Below, piece by piece: positions 37,141 through 42,805 of a DNA stretch of 42,805 nucleotides (its first letter is position 1; the number at the start of each line of letters is the position of its first letter). This DNA comes from Desulfobacteraceae bacterium (GTDB lineage: Bacteria > Desulfobacterota > Desulfobacteria > Desulfobacterales > UBA5616). The position numbers and the translations under genes are program-made. The stretch lies in NCBI GenBank assembly GCA_030620375.1, contig JAUXEW010000001.1:1-42805 (forward strand). Direction: 5' to 3'. Under the pieces are notes generated by a model. The model was not told the DNA's origin, did not search any database, and saw only the letters and a list, made by a program, of their open reading frames with translations.

Positions 37141-37982
37141 CGGGTTAAAATTATGTTATCGATCAAGCGGGTCCTTCCGATTTTAACCGCAAGCGCCATC
37201 ACCACGGCCCCCTGAATGATGTGAACATCTTCAAGTGTCTTAGGATCGCAGATGTTGATATAATCGATGGCGGCCTCCGGATAAGACATAATCAATTGTC
37301 TCGCGTCGTCTATTATCCGATTTGCGTCGATGATTCCGTTTTGTACCTGCGCTTTCGCTTTTTGTAAAGATTTATAAAGAGAACTTGCTGCAGGTCGTTC
37401 CCCCGGCAAGAGATAAGCATTTCGAGAACTCATGGCAAGCCCGTCTGGTTCTCGAACCGTCGGGACACCGATGATATCGATATCAAAGTTCAGGTCATTA
37501 ACCATTTTACGAATAATCGCGAGTTGTTGATAGTCTTTCTGACCAAAAATAGCAATGTGGGGCTTGACAATGTTGAATAATTTGGAAACGACAGTAGCCA
37601 CCCCCCGAAAAAAGACCGGCCTCGAAATTCCACAGAGATGCTGCGGTAGTTTTTCCAAATTGACATATGTTTGAAATTCTTTCCCATACAATTCATCGAC
37701 AGTGGGATTAAAAACCGAATTTACGCCTTCTTTTTTCACAAAATCAAGGTCCCGTTCAAGGTCCCGGGGATAAGCTTCGAAATCCTCATTCGGACCGAAT
37801 TGGGTTGGATTAACGAAAATACTCAACACCAATTCATCGGCACGCTTGCGACCTTCCCGCAGCAATGCGAGATGCCCTTCATGGAAAAACCCCATGGTAG
37901 GAACAAATGCAATGGTCCGGCCATGTTTTCTTGTCTCGTCGGCGTGTTCCTGAAACGCCTTTGCTGACGTGATGATGTCGAT
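37137..37982 (-). CDS. panC: pantoate--beta-alanine ligase, apparently initiating at a non-canonical ATC codon
   Basis: PTMGFFHEGH (HxGH), FVNPTQF and the rest of PanC. The frame is open upstream only to an in-frame TAA, and the 5 codons before the ATC include no ATG, GTG or TTG. AAAGGAA lies 6 nt upstream of the ATC. Starting at the ATC, the N-terminal length matches E. coli PanC. Confidence 0.8.
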   Translation of the reverse strand: MDIITSAKAFQEHADETRKHGRTIAFVPTMGFFHEGHLALLREGRKRADELVLSIFVNPTQFGPNEDFEAYPRDLERDLDFVKKEGVNSVFNPTVDELYGKEFQTYVNLEKLPQHLCGISRPVFFRGVATVVSKLFNIVKPHIAIFGQKDYQQLAIIRKMVNDLNFDIDIIGVPTVREPDGLAMSSRNAYLLPGERPAASSLYKSLQKAKAQVQNGIIDANRIIDDARQLIMSYPEAAIDYINICDPKTLEDVHIIQGAVVMALAVKIGRTRLIDNIILTR

Positions 37983-38001
37983 GGTGTATTCCTTTCGTTA
38001 A

Positions 38002-38085
38002 CCGCTATCCGAATAGCGGAAAAAAAGGGGCACGCCAGTGCCTCAAAGTTTCAGTTTTATCCCGGTGCGGCATTCCGGGTTTTTT
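38002..38085 (-). repeat. family E double-hairpin element, copy 4, immediately 5' of the panC SD in a divergent intergenic region
   Basis: Gene-sense: A6-CCCGGAATGCCGCACCGGG-ATAAAACTGAAACTTTG-AGGCACTGGCGTGCCCC-TTTTTTT-CCGCTATTCGGATAGCGG. Confidence 0.8.
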
Positions 38086-38104
38086 AACGCCATAGATTTT
38101 AATG

Positions 38105-38132
38105 TTTATACCACACTTTAATGAGCGTCAAG
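38105..38132 (-). promoter_or_regulatory. candidate promoter for the panC leader (CTTGAC-16 nt-TGgTATAAA, extended -10)
   Basis: The hexamers were read on the minus strand. The predicted TSS is about 12-15 nt upstream of family E copy 4. Confidence 0.45.
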
Positions 38133-38228
38133 TGAGAATAATCAGCAGCATACTTTGCCGAATAAGAAGGTTTCCGTTCAGCCTGCCGCGAAAACTCGAA
38201 TCTACTCGTTTTCTTTTAATTCCACTGG

Positions 38229-38257
38229 TTGACATTCCAATAGGTTTTCTGTATTTT
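38229..38257 (+). promoter_or_regulatory. candidate promoter for ssb (TTGACA-17 nt-TATTTT)
   Basis: The hexamers were read directly. It implies a leader of about 120 nt. Confidence 0.4.
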
Positions 38258-38385
38258 TTACCATATCCTCAGTCAGTCGTTTTTAAAGGTTTCATCGACC
38301 GATTGTTTTGTAGCCGAAGATCGTAATTTTATTGCAACCAGTTCTCTGTTTGATTTACAGAGCCTTCAAAAAGAGGGGGTAACCA

Positions 38386-38829
38386 ATGGCAAGTGTAAAC
38401 AAGGCGATTCTGATTGGAAATTTGGGAAAAGATCCTGAAGTAAGATATACGCAGGACGGTCGTGCAGTGGCGAATTTCAGCATTGCCACCTCGGAAACAT
38501 GGAAGGACAAGGAGACCGGAGATAAAAAAGAGCGGACGGAATGGCATCGTATCGTGGTCTTCGGTAAGCTCGGTGAAATATGCGGTGAATACCTGTCTAG
38601 AGGAAAACAAGTCTATATCGAAGGTCGTATTCAAACGCGTGAGTGGGAGGACCGGGATGGCAACAAACGATACACCACGGAAATCGTGGCCAACAATATG
38701 GTCATGTTAGGCGCGCGCGGTGATTCGGAGGCTGCACGCCCTTCGGCCGCAAGCCCTGCTGCGGATTCGGGATATCCGGAACCGCCTACTGCCTACACCG
38801 AGAAGCCGGATGATGACATACCTTTTTAA
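38386..38829 (+). CDS. ssb: single-stranded DNA-binding protein
   Basis: [20 protein letters not shown]-fold opening, a Gly/Pro-rich tail and the C-terminal DDDIPF tip. Confidence 0.95.
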   Translation: MASVNKAILIGNLGKDPEVRYTQDGRAVANFSIATSETWKDKETGDKKERTEWHRIVVFGKLGEICGEYLSRGKQVYIEGRIQTREWEDRDGNKRYTTEIVANNMVMLGARGDSEAARPSAASPAADSGYPEPPTAYTEKPDDDIPF

Positions 38830-38871
38830 GGTTCTTCTCCAATTTAGTTGGAGAAGAGGGTCCAATACAAA

Positions 38872-38915
38872 AGTGGCCTTAACAGGCATAATGCCTGAAA
38901 GGCCACTGGATTTTG
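38872..38915. terminator. bidirectional intrinsic terminator between convergent ssb and tatA
   Basis: AGTGGCCTT...CAGGCAT-A-ATGCCTG...AAGGCCACT is a long stem flanked by A/T tracts on both sides (CAAAAGT... / ...GGATTTTG). Confidence 0.6.
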
Positions 38916-38960
38916 TAAAACAAAAAGGGGCGGGTTAGGATATAAAAGACAAAAAGCGCA

Positions 38961-39143
38961 TCATGTCATCTTATCGTTTTCGATTTTATCGGGTTCTTTT
39001 TTCTCGGTATCAGAAGTTGCTTTTTTAAAATTTCTTATCGCCTTGCCCATACCGGCACCTATTTCCGGAAGCTTTCCGGCTCCGAAAATAATGAGTATAA
39101 TAACCAATATAATAATCAGTTCAGGCATTCCAATTCCAAACAT
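38961..39143 (-). CDS. tatA: twin-arginine translocase subunit TatA/E
   Basis: [29 protein letters not shown]... is the canonical TatA TM segment plus amphipathic helix. 60 aa. Confidence 0.85.
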   Translation of the reverse strand: MFGIGMPELIIILVIILIIFGAGKLPEIGAGMGKAIRNFKKATSDTEKKEPDKIENDKMT

Positions 39144-39566
39144 TCAAACCTCCTCGTCATCGGACCGGATTTCTTTGAGTTCCAGGAGCAGCTGTTTAAA
39201 TTCATTAGACTTCAGATAGTTGTCCAGAGATCCCTGATAATCGATCCACCTTTTCCAAAGTTCAGCCCACGAGTTATTGTGCCAGTAATTTTCAGGATTT
39301 TTTTCCCCTTTCAGTAGATGGATGTAATCGATATATTCTTCACGGCAGCTGTCACAAAAATGGTATGGCACCTTCACTGTATCCGTCGTAACCGGTTGGG
39401 GCTTTTTGCCAAACTCTATGTTGGTACCGCATTTTTCACATTTAAAGGCGCAACGGATGCACCGAAATACTTTTTGAACGGCCAGGATCTTGCGTTTTTT
39501 AATTATCGAACCCTGTTTATTTTTTTGTTGATGAAGCTTTTCGTTAAGGGATATGATATCTGCCAC
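39144..39566 (-). CDS. Cys-rich hypothetical protein (three CxxC pairs)
   Basis: CIRC, CEKC and CDSC pairs. 140 aa. Its TGA stop abuts the tatA ATG (TGAATG), and the tatA SD (GAGGAGG) lies inside its last codons. Confidence 0.55.
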   Translation of the reverse strand: MADIISLNEKLHQQKNKQGSIIKKRKILAVQKVFRCIRCAFKCEKCGTNIEFGKKPQPVTTDTVKVPYHFCDSCREEYIDYIHLLKGEKNPENYWHNNSWAELWKRWIDYQGSLDNYLKSNEFKQLLLELKEIRSDDEEV

Positions 39567-39743
39567 GATAAACCTTTACATTCTATTTTTACTTTGATGT
39601 ATAGCACTTGCCCGGCTGGGTGTCAAATTATTACAAACCTTTTACGAAACCATCAATTAAAATTTTAGGTTGAATATAAATCGTATTTATGATAGTATTA
39701 ATAGTTTAAATTATCAATTCAAATGAATAAGGTGTTACCCAAA

Positions 39744-40814
39744 ATGCAAAATCAATTTCATGCGAACTGCCATTCGGTTCTTATCGGGAGTCTACCGATA
39801 AAAGAACATCGAGCGGCTATTCAACTGGTGGCGGAATACGCCGCTGAAATCCCCCTATGGGTTCAGTTGCCGATTCATAAGGCAGAAAGGATGATTGCGC
39901 AGTTCCTACCGGGCATGCCCGGACTAACGGATGACAATGGCGATTCATATATTGATACAGAGGGAACATTATTTGACGAAGCGCTTGTGGCTTTTTATGA
40001 AGAATACCTGGCCGTAATCGAGGGGAAGAAGGACATTAACAATTCCAGATTCATTCTTACCCGAGAGACTGCAGAAGGATTTTATGTGTTTTTAGATCAT
40101 ATCCGGACGCTATCTACCGAGCCGATTGCCGTAAAAGGTCAGGTCACCGGTCCGGTTACGTTTGCCACGGGTGTATCCGATCGGGATAAAAAAGCAATAT
40201 TTTATAATGATCAGGTCCGGGATGCTGCCGTTAAATTGCTAAGCCTTAAAGCCGCCTGGCAGGTAAAACAGCTCTCTCGGTTTAATGTCCCGGTTATTCT
40301 GTTTATTGACGAACCGGCACTTGCCGGGTATGGATCATCTGAGTTGGCCACCATTTCCCGGGAAGACGTCATTGCATGTCTGGATGAAGTAATCGATGCC
40401 GTGCATGCCGCCGGCGGATTAGCGGGAATACATGTTTGCGCGAACACCGACTGGTCCGTCATTTTGGAATCTTCCGTTGATATTGTAAATTTTGACACAT
40501 ATTCTTATTTTGATCGATTTATTCTGTACCCGGATCAAATCAAAAAATTCATTTTATCGGGCCGGATACTGGCATGGGGAATCGTCCCCACTTCCCTTCC
40601 CGATGATATTGAAAGGGAAACAACAGATTCTCTGGTAAAAAAATGGAAAATCCAAATGAAGGCGGTTGAGGCGCTCGGGATTAAAAAAGCAACTATAGTA
40701 GCGCAATCCCTGATTACCCCGAGCTGCGGGACCGGATCTTTAAGCCCGGAGCACGCACTTAAAGTGCTTCAGTTAACTCAATCGGTTTCCCGGACGTTAA
40801 GGAAAGAATTGTAA
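39744..40814 (+). CDS. short MetE-like (cobalamin-independent methionine synthase C-terminal fold) methyltransferase-family protein
   Basis: FIDEPALAGYG, GIHVCAN and ITPSCGTG correspond to the MetE IDEPA, His-x-Cys and Cys zinc-ligand regions. I prefer the ATG at 39744 (AAGGTG 8 nt upstream) over 39723. Confidence 0.6.
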   Translation: MQNQFHANCHSVLIGSLPIKEHRAAIQLVAEYAAEIPLWVQLPIHKAERMIAQFLPGMPGLTDDNGDSYIDTEGTLFDEALVAFYEEYLAVIEGKKDINNSRFILTRETAEGFYVFLDHIRTLSTEPIAVKGQVTGPVTFATGVSDRDKKAIFYNDQVRDAAVKLLSLKAAWQVKQLSRFNVPVILFIDEPALAGYGSSELATISREDVIACLDEVIDAVHAAGGLAGIHVCANTDWSVILESSVDIVNFDTYSYFDRFILYPDQIKKFILSGRILAWGIVPTSLPDDIERETTDSLVKKWKIQMKAVEALGIKKATIVAQSLITPSCGTGSLSPEHALKVLQLTQSVSRTLRKEL

Positions 40815-40880
40815 TATAACGGATAATGATTAACATAGGCGATAACTTACAATTATTAATTTATTTTGAGAGGTCTTTTT

Positions 40881-41735
40881 ATGTCAAACAATGAATCTTA
40901 TGAGAAATTTTCTGGTGCGAAACGGTACGTTTTGGACGATGAGCTTGCGAAAATTGTCAACATATCCATAGCGCTTGAAATGCCGCTGTTGATTAAAGGT
41001 GAACCCGGAACCGGAAAAACCATGCTGGCACATGCCATTACAGAAAATTTGGGGATGCCACTAATTGTCCTTAATGTCAAATCAAGTATGAAACTCGTTG
41101 ATACGCTTTACCAATACGACACCTTGACCCGGTTGAACGACAGCCGTTTCGGGGATTCGGATCGTAATGTCAGTGACATTGAGGAGTACATCAAGATGGG
41201 GAAAATCGGCCAGGCCTTTATGGCCGACGAACGAACCGTCCTGTTGATCGACGAGATCGATAAGGCGGATACCGATTTTCAGGATGACATGCTGGATGTT
41301 CTGGATCAAATGGAATATGACATCATCGAAATCGATAAAACCATAAGGGCTAAGCATCGACCGGTTTTTATCATTACTTCTAATGCGAAAAAAGATTTAT
41401 CGGACCCGTTCCTCGGCCGGTGCAATTTTCATCACATCGCCTTTCCGGACCCCAAGATGATGCGTAAAATTATCAAGGTCCATTTCCCCGATATTGAAAA
41501 CGAACTTATGGCGAATGCCATAGCGGTATTTTATGAACTCAGGCAACTTGATGCCATCGAGAAAAAACCGGCTACCCGGGAGTTGATCAACTGGATCAGA
41601 GCACTCAATGCCGATAAGGATTTTAAGCCAAAGAAACTGGCAGGCGGGGATATTCCATTTATGGGTGTTCTGTTTAAAAAGAGTATGGATTATGAGCGAG
41701 CCGTTAATATTGTCAACCGTCAGAATCGGTATTGA
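40881..41735 (+). CDS. MoxR-like AAA+ ATPase
   Basis: Walker A GEPGTGKT and Walker B LLIDEIDKA. It has the single AAA+ core size of about 285 aa typical of MoxR/CoxD-like proteins. Confidence 0.85.
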   Translation: MSNNESYEKFSGAKRYVLDDELAKIVNISIALEMPLLIKGEPGTGKTMLAHAITENLGMPLIVLNVKSSMKLVDTLYQYDTLTRLNDSRFGDSDRNVSDIEEYIKMGKIGQAFMADERTVLLIDEIDKADTDFQDDMLDVLDQMEYDIIEIDKTIRAKHRPVFIITSNAKKDLSDPFLGRCNFHHIAFPDPKMMRKIIKVHFPDIENELMANAIAVFYELRQLDAIEKKPATRELINWIRALNADKDFKPKKLAGGDIPFMGVLFKKSMDYERAVNIVNRQNRY

Positions 41736-41834
41736 TCAGATTGCCGCACCCTTTCGGAAACGGTTTGTGGTTTTTCTTTAAAATATGGGGTCTCGGTATT
41801 TTTTTTAAGTTTATCCGGATAAGGAAGTTAAAAG

Positions 41835-42805
41835 ATGTTTATCGATTTCTTTTATACATTACAAGATGTCGGCGTTCCCGTCAGCCCAACGTCATTTTTA
41901 CGTCTTCATAAGGCGTTGAGCCAGGGGCTTGTGAGTTCTCTGGAGGATTTTTATATCTCTTCAAGAACGATTCTCGTGAAAAGTGAGCGTTATTTTGACA
42001 TTTATGACCAAGTGTTTGCGTACCATTTTCAAGGTGCGGAAATGCCGGACATGGAAGAACTCGAATTGGACACTCTGACAAGGGCATTGCTGGACGAATG
42101 GCTGAAAGATCCCAAGGTGCTTGCCGATGCACTGGGTATTGATGAGTCGGAACTCGCAAATCTCACTCCCGAAGAATTGATCGAATATTTTAAGGAACGC
42201 TTAAAAGAGCAAACAGAACGCCATGACGGTGGAAACAAATGGATCGGCACAGGCGGGACTTCGCCGGTGGGTCACTCCGGCTACCACCCCGGAGGAATGC
42301 GCGTGGGGGGCGGTTCGCAAAACAAGTCCGCAGTAAAAGTTGCCATGGAAAGGCGTTACAAAGACTATTCTTTGCGGGGCCCGTTAACCCAATCCATGGT
42401 GGGTGAGGCCTTGAAACGGCTTCGCAATATGATAGCCGACGGGCCGGAAAACCTGGTCGACGTGGATGAAACTATCTACCAAACCATGAAAAATGCCGGA
42501 GAGATCGAAATTTTCTTTAAAAAAGATTTAAAAGACCGGCTTAAACTGATCCTCGCCATCGATAATGGCGGTTGGTCAATGGATCCTTACATACCGGTTG
42601 TTCAAACGCTTTTTGGTTACGCCAGGGATCAGTTTAAAGATATAAAAACTTACTTTTTCCACAATACCATCTACGATACGCTGTGGGAGGACGTATCACG
42701 GTATAAAAAACCCCAAAAAGTGGATGAGTTTGTTCGTTTTGATCCGGAAACGCGTCTGATTATTTTGGGAGACGCCAGTATGGCCCCTTATGAGCTCATG
42801 GCTTC
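41835..42805 (+). CDS. CoxE-type VWA domain-containing protein, 3'-truncated by the window end
   Basis: This ORF is not in the track because it has no stop. ATG is at 41835 with AAGGAAG upstream. The opening MFIDFFYTLQDVGVPVSPTSFLRLHKAL and the later GGNKWIGTGGTSPVGHSG and LILGDASM regions resemble the VWA_CoxE family. It is adjacent to the MoxR ATPase. Confidence 0.75.
   Translation, partial: MFIDFFYTLQDVGVPVSPTSFLRLHKALSQGLVSSLEDFYISSRTILVKSERYFDIYDQVFAYHFQGAEMPDMEELELDTLTRALLDEWLKDPKVLADALGIDESELANLTPEELIEYFKERLKEQTERHDGGNKWIGTGGTSPVGHSGYHPGGMRVGGGSQNKSAVKVAMERRYKDYSLRGPLTQSMVGEALKRLRNMIADGPENLVDVDETIYQTMKNAGEIEIFFKKDLKDRLKLILAIDNGGWSMDPYIPVVQTLFGYARDQFKDIKTYFFHNTIYDTLWEDVSRYKKPQKVDEFVRFDPETRLIILGDASMAPYELMA

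Noticed and set aside
1-42805. Prophage, integrative element, defence island or toxin-antitoxin content
   Set aside because: No integrase, transposase, recombinase, phage structural, restriction-modification, Cas, nuclease-NTPase or TA-like gene pairs were recognised. The genes are housekeeping, and I saw no obvious compositional break by eye, though I could not compute GC content.

Overview
The window looks like ordinary core chromosome from an anaerobic, probably deltaproteobacterial (Desulfobacterales-like) organism. That taxonomic guess is inferred from gene content and repeat families and cannot be verified here. I call about 43 densely packed protein genes plus one SRP RNA. In order they are: yggT-divIVA; two tandem pilT-family ATPases followed by a Zn-ribbon/receiver-like protein; an MBL hydrolase; coaX; ybbR; folP; ftsH; tilS; SRP RNA; and grpE-dnaK. 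Next comes an eight-gene minus-strand block of poorly characterised redox and acyl-CoA genes: Isf-like flavoprotein, an HD-motif protein, DUF169, an ADP-forming-ACS alpha-like protein, a lipoprotein, an AcoX-like NAD-kinase-fold protein, an AMP ligase and DUF362. The remainder is a CBS protein, asmA, a vWA-TSP3-OmpA lipoprotein, mobB, yqeY, pncA-pncB, nadK, two exported proteins, metK-ahcY, panC, ssb, a Cys-rich protein abutting tatA, a short MetE-like protein, and a MoxR/CoxE-type VWA pair cut by the window end. I found no rRNA, tRNA, CRISPR array, transposase, integrase, toxin-antitoxin or recognisable defence genes, so I do not claim a novel protein system. The unusual content is non-coding. 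There are at least five families of short structured intergenic repeats. The most interesting is a four-copy double-hairpin element that always lies just 5' of minus-strand genes. panC also appears to have no canonical start codon (ATC with a good SD), and the SRP RNA may carry a 5' Alu-like extension. Several ORF-track starts are over-extended into repeats, and I have trimmed them.
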